Below, piece by piece: positions 26,357-36,341 of a stretch of 64,000 nt of DNA (position 1 is the stretch's first letter; each line of letters opens with the position of its first letter). Source of the DNA: an uncultured Bacteroidales bacterium (lineage in GTDB: Bacteria; Bacteroidota; Bacteroidia; Bacteroidales; UBA11471); the NCBI GenBank assembly GCA_947593515.1, contig CANQDQ010000005.1, positions 508 to 64,507 of the forward strand. The letters are read 5' to 3'. The notes beneath the pieces were generated by a model. The model was not told the DNA's origin. It ran no database searches and saw only the letters and a list, made by a program, of their open reading frames with translations. The position numbers and the translations under genes are program-made.

Positions 26357-27193
26357 ATGTTGCAAATAGGCAGATACAATACGTTGCGGGTCGTCAAGAG
26401 CGTCGATTTCGGCGTCTATCTCGACGGCGGGGAACAGGGTGAAATACTTTTGCCGTCAAATACCGTGCCGCCGGATTGCAAGGTCGGCGATGAAATAGAG
26501 GCGTTTATCTATTTCGACAGCGACGACCGTATCATCGCCACGACCGAACGCCCCTATGCCCAAGTCGGCGACTTCGCCTGCCTGCGGGTCGATTCGGTGA
26601 ATCGTGTCGGCGTCTTTTTGGATTGGGGGCTTCGGGGCAAACAGCTGCTCGTCCCATTCCGCGAACAGCGGGCGGAAATGCGTGTCGGCAAATATTATAC
26701 GGTGTATGTCTATCTCGACGAAGCGAGCGGACGCATTGTCGCCACTGCCAAGATAAATCGCTACCTGCACCGCACGTCGGTCGAATACAGCTACAATCAG
26801 GAGGTCGATATATTGGTGGTGCAGCGTACCGATTTGGGCTTTCGGGTCATCGTGAACAACGCCCACTGGGGCATGATTTATCATAGTGAAATATTTACGC
26901 CCGTGCATTGCGGCGACCGGTTGAAAGGATATGTTACCCATATCCGCGCCGACGAAAAAGTCGATGTGGCTCTGCGTCCGGCGGGTTACGAAAGTGTCGA
27001 GGCGCTTTCGCAGACGATACTCGATGCGCTGCGCGAGGCGGGCGGATTCCTGCCTTTGACCGATAAGAGCGATGCCGATGTCATAGCCGAGCGGTTCGGT
27101 TGCAGCAAAAAGAATTTCAAGAAAGCGCTCGGTGCCCTTTACAAGAAAAGAGAAATACGGATTCTCGAAAACAGTATCGAATCGGTGAAATAG
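26357..27193 (+). CDS. S1-domain RNA-binding protein CvfB/YitL family
   Basis: IGRYNTL, FGVYLD, FLDWG, C-terminal SKKNFKKALGALYK winged helix. Confidence 0.9.
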   Translation: MLQIGRYNTLRVVKSVDFGVYLDGGEQGEILLPSNTVPPDCKVGDEIEAFIYFDSDDRIIATTERPYAQVGDFACLRVDSVNRVGVFLDWGLRGKQLLVPFREQRAEMRVGKYYTVYVYLDEASGRIVATAKINRYLHRTSVEYSYNQEVDILVVQRTDLGFRVIVNNAHWGMIYHSEIFTPVHCGDRLKGYVTHIRADEKVDVALRPAGYESVEALSQTILDALREAGGFLPLTDKSDADVIAERFGCSKKNFKKALGALYKKREIRILENSIESVK

Positions 27194-27198
27194 CAGGT

Positions 27199-28107
27199 TT
27201 ATTGGCGGGGCAGTTTCACGGCAAGCGTGCGAAAGTGCGTCAGATGCCCGCAGAACGTTTCGATAAGTTTTTCATCGGTGGCGCGCACGGGGTTGATGTC
27301 GATGCCGCCCCGACGGGTGTAAAATGCCATGACTAATAAGTCTTCGGGGGCGAACCGCGTGTGTAGCGCGTTGAAAATCATTTCTACCACTTCTTCGTGA
27401 AAATGGTTCTCGTTGCGGAACGAAACGATATAGCGCAGCAGCGAATCGACAGCGGGCAACTCGTCGCCTTTCATATAGAGATAGAGGTCGCCCCAGTCGG
27501 GCTGGCTTGTAATTTTGCAGCGGCTTCGCAACAGGTCGGTGTGTCCTTGCAGTGCGCCGCTTCGACCGCTTTCGGGGCATAGCAGCGCGGTGTCCTGCGT
27601 GTAGGCGGACAGCGGCTCGGGCGATAGCTGTTCGATGCCCCAGTATTCCCATGCTGTTTCTCCTTTTTCGGCGGACGGGTGCGAAAGCGTGTGCCGTGCC
27701 GCTTCTTCCGGCGTTTCGGCGCATACGGCAACTTCCGTTTCGAGCAGAGCCGACAGGTCGCGCGCTATCGTTTCCGTCAGGAATTGCCGCACCACCTCCC
27801 GCGTTGCGCCGCACGGGGTCATGTTCAGCGCATTCAAATAAAGTTTGAGCGACTTGCTCTCCACGATATAGCGGCTTGTGCAGGCGTAACGAATCCGCAC
27901 GATGAAATTCACCGGCGCGCCTTTGTCCGTCAGTGCGCTGGCTTCGTAGCAGTTCCACAAGTCGGCGCCTGTGAACGGCAGGTGCGATTCGTCGATGCCG
28001 TATTTTCTGCGGTTTTCGATGCGGGGCACGCGCACCAAGATGTCGGGTGCATACCGGTCGGGATAGGCGACCCGCCGTCCTAAAACGTGTTGTATGTCAT
28101 TTTCCAT
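27199..28107 (-). CDS. queF: NADPH-dependent 7-cyano-7-deazaguanine reductase, bimodular (type II)
   Basis: ESKSLKLYLN, catalytic C in RSRCKITSQPDWG, FHEE, YTRRGGIDINP. Confidence 0.92.
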   Translation of the reverse strand: MENDIQHVLGRRVAYPDRYAPDILVRVPRIENRRKYGIDESHLPFTGADLWNCYEASALTDKGAPVNFIVRIRYACTSRYIVESKSLKLYLNALNMTPCGATREVVRQFLTETIARDLSALLETEVAVCAETPEEAARHTLSHPSAEKGETAWEYWGIEQLSPEPLSAYTQDTALLCPESGRSGALQGHTDLLRSRCKITSQPDWGDLYLYMKGDELPAVDSLLRYIVSFRNENHFHEEVVEMIFNALHTRFAPEDLLVMAFYTRRGGIDINPVRATDEKLIETFCGHLTHFRTLAVKLPRQ

Positions 28108-28113
28108 AGGCTG

Positions 28114-29340
28114 TTACAAGGAAGGTAGCAATAAAGAACTGTCGCCGTAGCTGAGGAAGCGGAAATCGTGCGCCAGCGCATAGTCGTAAACCCGCCGCCA
28201 ATCGTTGCCGATAAACGCCGATACGAGCAGCAGCAGCGTGCTGCGCGGTTGGTGGAAGTTGGTGATGAGACCGCGCACGAGGCGGTAGCGGTAGCCGGGT
28301 ACGATGATGATGCGGGTTGCCGACACTAACCGGTCGAGGCGTTTCCGGTCGAGATAGTCGACAATTGCCTGCAATGTCTCGCGCACGGGAATGTCGGGCG
28401 CCGGTTCGTAAGGCTGCCATTGTGCCACGACCAATTCTTCGGGGGCGACGTCGGGCGACGAAATCAGCCGGCAGCCGATATAATAGAGGCTTTCGAGGGT
28501 GCGTACCGATGTGGTGCCCACCGCCACGATGCGGCGGTCGGTCGCGGCGAGGGTGCGGAGCGTGTCGCGCGGCACTGAAATATATTCCAGATGCATTTCG
28601 TGGTCGGCGATGGTATCGCTTTTTACCGGTTTGAACGTGCCTGCCCCCACGTGCAGCGTCAGTTCCAGACGAGGAATGCCCCGCTTTTGCAGCGCGTCGA
28701 AAACTTCGGGCGTGAAGTGCAGCCCCGCTGTTGGAGCGGCAACCGACCCTTCGATGCGCGAATAGACCGTTTGGTAAGTCGTCTTGTCCGACTCCTCCGC
28801 TTCGCGGTGGAGGTAGGGGGGAATGGGCAGTTCGCCGAAACTTTCGAGCAGGGCGGCGAATGTCGTTTCGGCATCGTCCCACGAAAAAATGATTTCGTGC
28901 GCCTGCGAGCCGTGTGTCGCGCCGCGTTCCGCCGTGAGCGTTACTTCCCGTCCGTCGATTGTCAGCGTGCGGACGAGTGCGCCCTGTTTCCATTTGCTCA
29001 GGTTGCCCACCAAGCAACTCCACACGCAGCGTCCGGTAGTCTGAAATACAGATAGATAGTCGCACGGCGACAGCGGTTCGAGGCAGAAAATTTCAATCAG
29101 TGCGCCGGTCGGTTTGCGGAAGTGCAGCCGCGCCTGTATCACCCGCGTATTGTTGCACACCAACAGGGTGTCGTCGGGCAGATAATCGGCGAGCGAGCGA
29201 AAAGTCGATTCCGCAATTTCCCCGTTCCGGTAGAGCAGCAGTTTCGAGGCGTCGCGGCGAGCGACCGGAAATTTCGCGATGCGCTCGCCGGACAGCGGGT
29301 AGTCGTAGTCGTCGATGCGTATATCTTTCGGATTTTGCAT
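28114..29340 (-). CDS. queA: S-adenosylmethionine:tRNA ribosyltransferase-isomerase
   Basis: NNTRVIQARL, PIPPY, AAPTAGLHF, VGTTSVR, TNFHQP, FLSYGD; start placed at ATG 29340. Confidence 0.95.
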   Translation of the reverse strand: MQNPKDIRIDDYDYPLSGERIAKFPVARRDASKLLLYRNGEIAESTFRSLADYLPDDTLLVCNNTRVIQARLHFRKPTGALIEIFCLEPLSPCDYLSVFQTTGRCVWSCLVGNLSKWKQGALVRTLTIDGREVTLTAERGATHGSQAHEIIFSWDDAETTFAALLESFGELPIPPYLHREAEESDKTTYQTVYSRIEGSVAAPTAGLHFTPEVFDALQKRGIPRLELTLHVGAGTFKPVKSDTIADHEMHLEYISVPRDTLRTLAATDRRIVAVGTTSVRTLESLYYIGCRLISSPDVAPEELVVAQWQPYEPAPDIPVRETLQAIVDYLDRKRLDRLVSATRIIIVPGYRYRLVRGLITNFHQPRSTLLLLVSAFIGNDWRRVYDYALAHDFRFLSYGDSSLLLPSL

Positions 29341-29399
29341 TTCGTTGTTGAATATTTCTGCAAAAATAGGCATCTTTGCAGGATAAATCAAAAAAGACC

Positions 29400-30482
29400 A
29401 TGATAAAGATTGGAGACAAGGTGCGATTTCTGAATGCCGTAGGCGGGGGCGTAGTGCGCCGCATCGACCGCGACATCGTTTTTGTGGAGGAGGAAGACGG
29501 TTTTGAAACGCCGATTCTCGCCCGTGAATGCGTAGTGATAGAGGAGGGCAGGGTGCAGGACAAGGGTGTGCCGCCCGTCGGCAAAGACGAGGAGCCGCGC
29601 CGGCACGGCGGGTCGCCCCAACAGCCGGCAACCCCGCAGCCTGACGATGAGGACGAGGAAATGAAGATTCCCATCGAGGAAACCCGCGAAGGCGAGCGGC
29701 TCAGCCTCTACCTCGCATTCGTGCCCGAAGATACCGCACGGCTCGATAAAACGACGTTTGATGCCTATCTGATAAACGACAGCAACTATTATCTCGACTA
29801 TATCTGCCTTTCCCGCTGCGACGACGGCAGCTGGCAGCTGCGCAGCCGCGGCACGGCGGAGCCGAACATACAGGTGTGTCTGGAAACTTTCGACCGCGAA
29901 ACGGTCGGCGAGTGGGAGCATCTTTCGATGCAAGCCGTTGCCTACAAGCGAGGTAAAAATTTCGAATGCAAAGAACCGGTGTCGGTATCGCTGCATATCG
30001 ACCCCGTGAAATTCTATAAACTGCACACCTTCGGCACGAGCGAATTTTTCGATGAAATGACGTGGGTGCTGCCGCTCGTGGAGCGGGATTTGCCGATGAA
30101 ATCGCTGCATATCGATGCGCAGGCGTTGGTGCGGGCTATGCACGAGAAACACGACGACGCCCCTGCACGCCGACCTGAACCCCGCAAGCAGCCCCGCAAT
30201 GAAATCGTGGAGGTCGATCTCCACATTCACGAACTGGTCGATACGACCGCCGGCATGAGCAACGGCGATATGCTGCAACTGCAATTGCAGACTTTCCGCG
30301 ATACGCTCGAACAGCATAAAGGCGAGAAAGGCCGCAAAATCGTATTCATACACGGGAAAGGCGACGGCGTGCTGCGGCGCGCTATTCTCGACGAGTTGCA
30401 GCGCCGCTACAAGCACTATGACTATCAGGACGCCTCGTTTCGGGAATACGGATTCGGCGCTACGCAGGTTACGATACGGTAA
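29400..30482 (+). CDS. DUF2027 and Smr domain protein
   Basis: N-terminal KIGDKVRFL (KOW/SH3-like); C-terminal VDLH and FIHGKGDGVLR. Confidence 0.88.
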   Translation: MIKIGDKVRFLNAVGGGVVRRIDRDIVFVEEEDGFETPILARECVVIEEGRVQDKGVPPVGKDEEPRRHGGSPQQPATPQPDDEDEEMKIPIEETREGERLSLYLAFVPEDTARLDKTTFDAYLINDSNYYLDYICLSRCDDGSWQLRSRGTAEPNIQVCLETFDRETVGEWEHLSMQAVAYKRGKNFECKEPVSVSLHIDPVKFYKLHTFGTSEFFDEMTWVLPLVERDLPMKSLHIDAQALVRAMHEKHDDAPARRPEPRKQPRNEIVEVDLHIHELVDTTAGMSNGDMLQLQLQTFRDTLEQHKGEKGRKIVFIHGKGDGVLRRAILDELQRRYKHYDYQDASFREYGFGATQVTIR

Positions 30483-30506
30483 CGGCGACGGTCGCCGTGC
30501 CGTCGG

Positions 30507-31208
30507 TTATTTGTATTCTTGCAGCAGGGCGGTAAGCTCTTTCACCCCTTCGCTCGCCCCTTTGGCGATGACGTGCGTTATCCGCCCGCTCACGTCGTTT
30601 ACGGGGTTGGGGTCGATGAGGAATGCCGGCACGCCGGAGCGTATGTAGCGCAACAGCCCTGCGGCGGGATAGACATTCAGCGACGTGCCGATGACGACGA
30701 AAATATCGGCTTTTTCCACCTCCTCGATGGCATCTTCAATCAAAGGCACGGCCTCGCCGAACCATACGATGTGCGGGCGCAGCTGCGACCCTTTTTCGCA
30801 AAGGTCGCCGAGTTTGGTATCCAAGTGGTCGGGCGCGACGTCGTAGACCAGATTGTCATCGACCGACGAGCGCACTTTCATCAACTCCCCGTGCAGGTGT
30901 ATGACGTTCCGGCTTCCGGCGGCTTCGTGCAGATTATCCACGTTTTGCGTGATGATGCGCACATCGAAATCGTTTTCGAGAGCGGCAAGCCCCCGATGCC
31001 CGTCGTTGGGCGATACGTTCATCAATTCCCGCCGTCGGGCGTTGTAGAAATCCAGCACCTGCTGCGGGTTGCGCGCCCACCCTTCGGGCGTAGCCACATC
31101 TTCGACGCGGTAGCCCGACCAGAGTCCGTTGCTTCCCCGAAAAACCGCCAAGCCGCTTTCCGCGCTCATGCCTGCGCCCGTAAGGACGACCAAATGTTTT
31201 TTATTCAT
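30507..31208 (-). CDS. cobB: NAD-dependent protein deacylase (sirtuin)
   Basis: GAGMSAESG, TQNVDNLH, HG, RPHIVWFGE, GTS. Confidence 0.93.
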   Translation of the reverse strand: MNKKHLVVLTGAGMSAESGLAVFRGSNGLWSGYRVEDVATPEGWARNPQQVLDFYNARRRELMNVSPNDGHRGLAALENDFDVRIITQNVDNLHEAAGSRNVIHLHGELMKVRSSVDDNLVYDVAPDHLDTKLGDLCEKGSQLRPHIVWFGEAVPLIEDAIEEVEKADIFVVIGTSLNVYPAAGLLRYIRSGVPAFLIDPNPVNDVSGRITHVIAKGASEGVKELTALLQEYK

Positions 31209-31350
31209 GATGCAATGTGTTTTTGCGACGTTTCCTGCAAAATTAGAATTTTTTTTGTTTCAAAAAAGAAATCTCTGCAATAAAAACCGTATCTTCGCCT
31301 CGCTTTTCACGGAAATGTGAAAGTTTCCAATAAAATCATAACTCACGGAT

Positions 31351-31935
31351 ATGGATAAATTAAGTTACGCTTTGGGTTTGAGCATGGGCAACAACTTCAA
31401 ATCGTCGGGCATCGCAGCGTTGTCGGTCGATGATTTTGCGCGCGGCGTGCAAGCTGTTTATGAAAATGCGAAACCGGAAATGAACTACGACGAAGCCAAG
31501 CAAATCGTGAACGACTATTTCACCCGTTTGCAGCAAGAGGTCGAGGAGCGTAATTTGCGTGCCGGAGAAGCCTTTTTGGCAGAAAACAAAAAGCGTGCCG
31601 GCGTGGTAACGCTGCCCAGCGGATTGCAGTACGAAGTGCTGGCGGAGGGCAAGGGGCGTCGTCCGTCGGCGACCGACCGCGTGCAGTGCCATTATCACGG
31701 CACGCTCATCGACGGTACGGTGTTCGACAGCTCCGTGCAGCGGGGTACGCCCGCCGTGTTCGGCGTCAATCAGGTGATACCCGGTTGGGTGGAAGCGCTG
31801 CAACTCATGCCCGAAGGCTCGCGCTGGAAACTTTATATCCCTTCCGAACTCGCATACGGAAAACGGGGTGCCGGAGGCAGCATTGCCCCCAACAGCGCAC
31901 TCGTTTTTGAAGTGGAACTTATAAAAATCATTTAA
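31351..31935 (+). CDS. FKBP-type peptidyl-prolyl isomerase
   Basis: SGLQYEV, HYHGTL, FDSS, VIPGW, LAYG. Confidence 0.95.
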   Translation: MDKLSYALGLSMGNNFKSSGIAALSVDDFARGVQAVYENAKPEMNYDEAKQIVNDYFTRLQQEVEERNLRAGEAFLAENKKRAGVVTLPSGLQYEVLAEGKGRRPSATDRVQCHYHGTLIDGTVFDSSVQRGTPAVFGVNQVIPGWVEALQLMPEGSRWKLYIPSELAYGKRGAGGSIAPNSALVFEVELIKII

Positions 31936-31945
31936 TCATAAAACA

Positions 31946-32785
31946 ATGAAAAAAATCGTAATCAGTTTGGCGGCAGCCTTGTCGTTTGCCGCTGTATCGT
32001 GCGACTCTTGCAAGTCGGTTAAGGAATTGAACAGCGAAACCGATTCGTTGTCCTACGCATTCGGCGTTTTAGCCGGTTCCGATGTGTTGAACGGCGTTCA
32101 GCGTATGGACCCTGCTGTGGATATGGCTCAATTTTTCAAAGGCGCAAAAGAGGGCTTGAAAGGCGATTCCACCAAATTCTCGTATGAATTGGGTTACTCC
32201 TTTGCACTCTCCATGAAACAGCAAATGGAAAAAATGTACAAGCAATTGAATTTGACCGTCGATAAAGACGTGTTCATGGCGGCTCTTTGCGCTGCCGTAG
32301 AGAAAGATTCCACCGCGTTGATGAACGAGATGACTGCCCAAATGGCATGGCAATCGATTTTGACGGCTGCCGATGAAAGAAAAATAGCTTCGTCGCCGGA
32401 GGCTATCCAGAACAAAGCCGACGGTGAAGCCTTCTTGGCTGCCAAAGCAAAAGAAGAGGGCATCGTTGCCACTCCCAGCGGTCTGCTCTACAAAGTACAG
32501 AAAGAGGGCAAGGGCGAAGCTGCCAAAATGGGCGATAAGGTAAAAGTGAATTATAAAGGTACGTTGGCAGATGGCAAGCAATTCGATGCCAACGATAACG
32601 TGCAGATGACCATCGGTCAGATGGTGCCCGGATTCAACGAAGCCCTCATGCTGATGTCGCCCGGCGCCAAATATACGATATACATTCCTTCGGAGTTGGG
32701 ATATGGCGTGCGCGGTCGCGGCGCCCTCATTCCCACCAATTCGGTTCTCGTTTTCGATGTAGAATTGTTGGAAATCGTAAAATAA
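31946..32785 (+). CDS. FKBP-type peptidyl-prolyl isomerase, lipoprotein
   Basis: Lipobox AVSC; DSLSYAFG; SGLLY, YKGTL, LGYG. Confidence 0.92.
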   Translation: MKKIVISLAAALSFAAVSCDSCKSVKELNSETDSLSYAFGVLAGSDVLNGVQRMDPAVDMAQFFKGAKEGLKGDSTKFSYELGYSFALSMKQQMEKMYKQLNLTVDKDVFMAALCAAVEKDSTALMNEMTAQMAWQSILTAADERKIASSPEAIQNKADGEAFLAAKAKEEGIVATPSGLLYKVQKEGKGEAAKMGDKVKVNYKGTLADGKQFDANDNVQMTIGQMVPGFNEALMLMSPGAKYTIYIPSELGYGVRGRGALIPTNSVLVFDVELLEIVK

Positions 32786-32812
32786 CAAATAACAGATAGT
32801 TATTATTTATGC

Positions 32813-32850
32813 AGAAAGGTTCGGGATTTATTCCGAACCTTTCTTTTTTT
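32813..32850 (+). terminator. Intrinsic terminator after the FKBP pair
   Basis: agaaaggttcgg / ccgaacctttct followed by a T run. Confidence 0.8.
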
Positions 32851-32973
32851 GAAACGGATTTTTATTAAAAAGAAATTTTAGAGAAAAAATACATTATTTC
32901 ACTATTTGAATGAACAACAATATCAAAAAAGGTGTATTTTTGCTTTACCAAATCAGAATTAAAAACCGATATT

Positions 32974-33441
32974 ATGGAGAAGATTGATAATCTTGACCGT
33001 CAAATCCTCGAAATCATCATGTGCAATGCACGTATTCCGTCGAAAGATGTTGCAGCCAAATGCGGCGTTTCGCGTGCTGCTATACACCAACGCATACAGC
33101 GATTGATCGATATGAATGTGATCGTCGGCTCCGGCTATCACGTCAATCCCAAAATTTTGGGGTATCGCACATGCACCTATATCGGAGTCCGTCTCGAAAA
33201 AGGCTCCATGTATAAAGATGTCGTGCCCGAGCTGTCGAAGATTCCCGAAGTGGTGGAATGCCATTTCACCACCGGTCCCTACACGATGCTCTGCAAGCTC
33301 TACGCCCGCGACAACGAACATCTGATGCAGTTGATAAACGACCATGTACAGCAGATTCCGGGTGTCGTATCGACCGAAACCCTCATATCGCTCGATCAAA
33401 GTCTTAACAGGGAAATTCCTATCAATAAGCCCGAAGAGTGA
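32974..33441 (+). CDS. Lrp/AsnC family transcriptional regulator
   Basis: IDNLDRQIL...NARIP HTH plus a C-terminal RAM domain; start placed at ATG 32974. Confidence 0.93.
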   Translation: MEKIDNLDRQILEIIMCNARIPSKDVAAKCGVSRAAIHQRIQRLIDMNVIVGSGYHVNPKILGYRTCTYIGVRLEKGSMYKDVVPELSKIPEVVECHFTTGPYTMLCKLYARDNEHLMQLINDHVQQIPGVVSTETLISLDQSLNREIPINKPEE

Positions 33442-33457
33442 GGCGCATGGTCTGTTA

Positions 33458-33492
33458 TAAAAAATCCGTCCTTTTGCAAGAACGGATTTTTT
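33458..33492. terminator. Bidirectional terminator between the Lrp gene and ribF
   Basis: aaaaaatccgt...acggatttttt. Confidence 0.75.
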
Positions 33493-33508
33493 CTTTTCTC
33501 AATACTCC

Positions 33509-34432
33509 TTAGAACAGAATGCCGAGCGCTTTTTCTCGGTCGCGCAGCAGCTGCATGCGCAGCGATTCTATATTGTCCATGTGGTATTCCGGTCGCAGGA
33601 ACTCCACAAATTCTATGCGGAGCCGCTGCCCGTAGAGTGAGCCTTTGAAATCGAACAGATGCGCTTCGATGTTTTTCTCCCGGCTGTCGGGCGTAACGGT
33701 GGGGTGCGTTCCGATGTTCAGCATACCGCCGTATTCTTTGCCGCCGTCGAGCCATACCCGTACGGCGTATGCCCCGTTGGCGGGAATTATCTTGTCGGCA
33801 CACGCAGGAACGATATTGGCAGTCGGAAATCCGATGCGCCTGCCGAGTTGTTGTCCTTCCACTACGGTGCCTCCCAGACGGTATTCGTAGGAGAGCAGGC
33901 GGGCGGCTTCACGCACCTGTCCGCTGTCGAGCAGCCGGCGTATGACGGAAGAACTCGCTTTGCGTCCGTCGGGCATATAGGCTGCCGCTTGCGATACCGT
34001 AATGCCGAGCCTCTCGCCGTAGCGGCGGTAATCGTCGGGCGTGTCGCTGCTGTCGTGTCCGAACCGGTGGTCGTATCCCATTGTCAGATGCTGCACACCG
34101 TAACGTTCGTGTATCGACGCCATGAAATCATATGCCGACAAGCCGGCGACGGCAGGGGTGAAATCGAGCAGTATGCAGAAGTCGATGCCGGTCGCGGCGA
34201 GCAATGCCATTCGTTCTTCGGTCGTGGTGAGCAGCGGCATACGCTCGTGTGTCAGTACGGTTTTCGGGTGTTCGCGGAAAGTGATGATTCCCGATGCCAG
34301 CCCTTTTTCGGCGGCAGCGGTTTGTACGTCGGCGAGCAGGGCGCGATGTCCCGCGTGTACCCCGTCGAAAAATCCGATAGTGGCTGCCAATCCTTTTTCC
34401 GGACGGAACGGTAGAGATTCGATAATTTGCAT
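33509..34432 (-). CDS. ribF: Bifunctional riboflavin kinase/FAD synthetase
   Basis: GFFDGVHAGH, GYDHRFG, SSSVIR, GRRIGFPTAN, EAH. Confidence 0.95.
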   Translation of the reverse strand: MQIIESLPFRPEKGLAATIGFFDGVHAGHRALLADVQTAAAEKGLASGIITFREHPKTVLTHERMPLLTTTEERMALLAATGIDFCILLDFTPAVAGLSAYDFMASIHERYGVQHLTMGYDHRFGHDSSDTPDDYRRYGERLGITVSQAAAYMPDGRKASSSVIRRLLDSGQVREAARLLSYEYRLGGTVVEGQQLGRRIGFPTANIVPACADKIIPANGAYAVRVWLDGGKEYGGMLNIGTHPTVTPDSREKNIEAHLFDFKGSLYGQRLRIEFVEFLRPEYHMDNIESLRMQLLRDREKALGILF

Positions 34433-34608
34433 GGTGTCGTTCAAGTCGGAACAAAAATACATAAACTTTTACATTTCTACCGATACACGACGGCGGATTA
34501 ACGTTTATTTTCCCGATAGCGTGCGTTCAATGAGGCTGTCGTGGGCAATAAATTTGTTTTTTACATATAAAACATATATTTTTGCAAACAAACTAAAATT
34601 TATGTGCT

Positions 34609-35046
34609 ATGAAAATGCTTCAGGAATTTAAGGAATTTGCCATGCGTGGCAATGTGGTCGATATGGCAGTCGGTGTTATCATCGGCGGTGCATTCGGCAA
34701 AATCGTTTCTTCGTTGGTTGCCGACGTTGTCATGCCGCTCATCGGTATTTTGATCGGCGGTATCGATTTTACCTCTTTGAAATGGACCTTCAAAGCGCCG
34801 GGTTTCGATTTGGCATCGCATGAAGTAACCGTGAATTATGGAAACTTCATACAGGTAACTTTCGATTTCTTGGTAATCGCTTTCTCTATCTTCATGGTGA
34901 TAAAGCTCATCAACCGTTTCTCTGCGAAGAAGAAAGCTGCCGAAGAGGCTGCCGCTGCCGCTGCGGCTCCTGCTCCCGAACCTGTGGAGCCCGACGATGT
35001 GAAGTTGCTGAAAGAAATTCGCGACCTCCTCAAAGAGAAAAAGTAA
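34609..35046 (+). CDS. mscL: Large-conductance mechanosensitive channel
   Basis: [21 protein letters not shown]; LLKEIRDLL. Confidence 0.97.
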   Translation: MKMLQEFKEFAMRGNVVDMAVGVIIGGAFGKIVSSLVADVVMPLIGILIGGIDFTSLKWTFKAPGFDLASHEVTVNYGNFIQVTFDFLVIAFSIFMVIKLINRFSAKKKAAEEAAAAAAAPAPEPVEPDDVKLLKEIRDLLKEKK

Positions 35047-35061
35047 TTGCAATAATTTTAT

Positions 35062-35104
35062 AAAGAAACGACCGGCGGCACGGTGTGCTGTCGGTCGTTC
35101 TTTT
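35062..35104. terminator. Hairpin terminator between mscL and the lipoprotein pair
   Basis: aacgaccggcggcac / gtgctgtcggtcgtt flanked by A and T tracts. Confidence 0.7.
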
Positions 35105-35135
35105 ATCGGAATATCCGGTGTGATGCTCCTTTTAT

Positions 35136-35690
35136 TTAGTTGGTTTTGCTGGTTTCGACGATCTTGTCTTTTTCTGCGTTCAAGTCAACCGTAAAAGCGG
35201 TACGATATAAGGGGCGCGATTCGACACTGGCGATTTTATCTTTTGTCGCGGTTAAGTTAGTTCCGCCGTGTGTTATCGAGCTATCTTTATCTTTGCCGTC
35301 GGAGAGAAAGATTTTTGTTGTACGGGTGTAAGAATAGCCAATACCGTAATTATCTTTTGTATATTCCACGCCCGTTTTGAGTGTACGTACTATTTGCAAC
35401 GAAAAATCACTCGGGAATTTTTCGCATACAAAGGTCTTTTCCCATTTTCCCGTAACGGGTTCCGTTTGGGTCTTGCCGGCAAAATCGGTATATTCGGCAG
35501 TCAGGTCGAATACTTCTAACTGATCGGCGTTCGGCTCGATCGAAAAAGTATATTCCGCTTTCGTTATCGTTGACGATTCGGTAGGATTTTGGGGTTCATT
35601 ATCTTTTTTGTCGTCGTCGCTGCATGAAGCGGCACCCAAACCGAGCAATGCTATGGCACAGCCTAATAGAAATGTTTTTGTAGTTTTCAT
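35136..35690 (-). CDS. Hypothetical lipoprotein, tandem paralog A
   Basis: Lipobox AASC followed by SDDDKKD; paralog of 35728-36279. Confidence 0.8.
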   Translation of the reverse strand: MKTTKTFLLGCAIALLGLGAASCSDDDKKDNEPQNPTESSTITKAEYTFSIEPNADQLEVFDLTAEYTDFAGKTQTEPVTGKWEKTFVCEKFPSDFSLQIVRTLKTGVEYTKDNYGIGYSYTRTTKIFLSDGKDKDSSITHGGTNLTATKDKIASVESRPLYRTAFTVDLNAEKDKIVETSKTN

Positions 35691-35727
35691 AATGTTTTTA
35701 TAATAAAAATTTTCAAGATGCTCTTTA

Positions 35728-36279
35728 TTAAATATTCGGAGTTGACCCCGTTTTTACGACATGATTTTTTTCTTCTGTCAAGTTAAGCATAAAAGAGGTT
35801 ACGTAATCATCTAATTTTAAGTAGTCTTCAATATTCTCTTTTTCTATATCCATTTTGTCCTCCCTATCAGAGCGTTCCAAAAAAATGGGGGTAGCGGAGT
35901 TGGAAAGGAAATAGTTTGTTTCGTCTGCATAGGTATAACCGAGATTATAAATTTCTTTTGTTAATTCTGCTCCGCTTTGGAGTGTACGTACTATTTTCAA
36001 CGAAAAATTGCTTGGGAATTTTTCGCATACAAGAGTCTTTTCCCATTTCTCTGTCGTAATGGGTTCCGTTTGGAGCTTGCCGGCAAAATCGGTGTATTCG
36101 GCAGTCAGGTCGAATATTGCCAATTCATCGGCTTGTAGATCGATAGAAATGGTGTATTCCGCTTTTGTTACTGTTGCTTGAGGTTCTTGTTCATCTTTGT
36201 CGTCGCTGCATGAAGCGGCACCCAAACCGAGCAATGTTATGGCACCGCCCAGTAGGAATAAAGTTTTTGTAGTTTTCAT
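35728..36279 (-). CDS. Hypothetical lipoprotein, tandem paralog B
   Basis: Lipobox AASC followed by SDDKDE; shares FDLTAEYTDFAGK and CEKFPS with paralog A. Confidence 0.8.
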   Translation of the reverse strand: MKTTKTLFLLGGAITLLGLGAASCSDDKDEQEPQATVTKAEYTISIDLQADELAIFDLTAEYTDFAGKLQTEPITTEKWEKTLVCEKFPSNFSLKIVRTLQSGAELTKEIYNLGYTYADETNYFLSNSATPIFLERSDREDKMDIEKENIEDYLKLDDYVTSFMLNLTEEKNHVVKTGSTPNI

Positions 36280-36341
36280 AATGTTTAATTTTATGATATG
36301 ATTTACGGTGCAAAGATATTAAAATAAAAGATATTAAAAAT

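Noticed and set aside
34945-34985. GCT/GCC-rich microrepeat in mscL
   Set aside because: It encodes an ordinary Ala/Pro linker and is imperfect and in frame, so it is not a phase-variable tract.
35136-36279. Diversity-generating retroelement or shufflon as the explanation for the lipoprotein pair
   Set aside because: No reverse transcriptase or recombinase nearby, and the differences are not confined to adenines.
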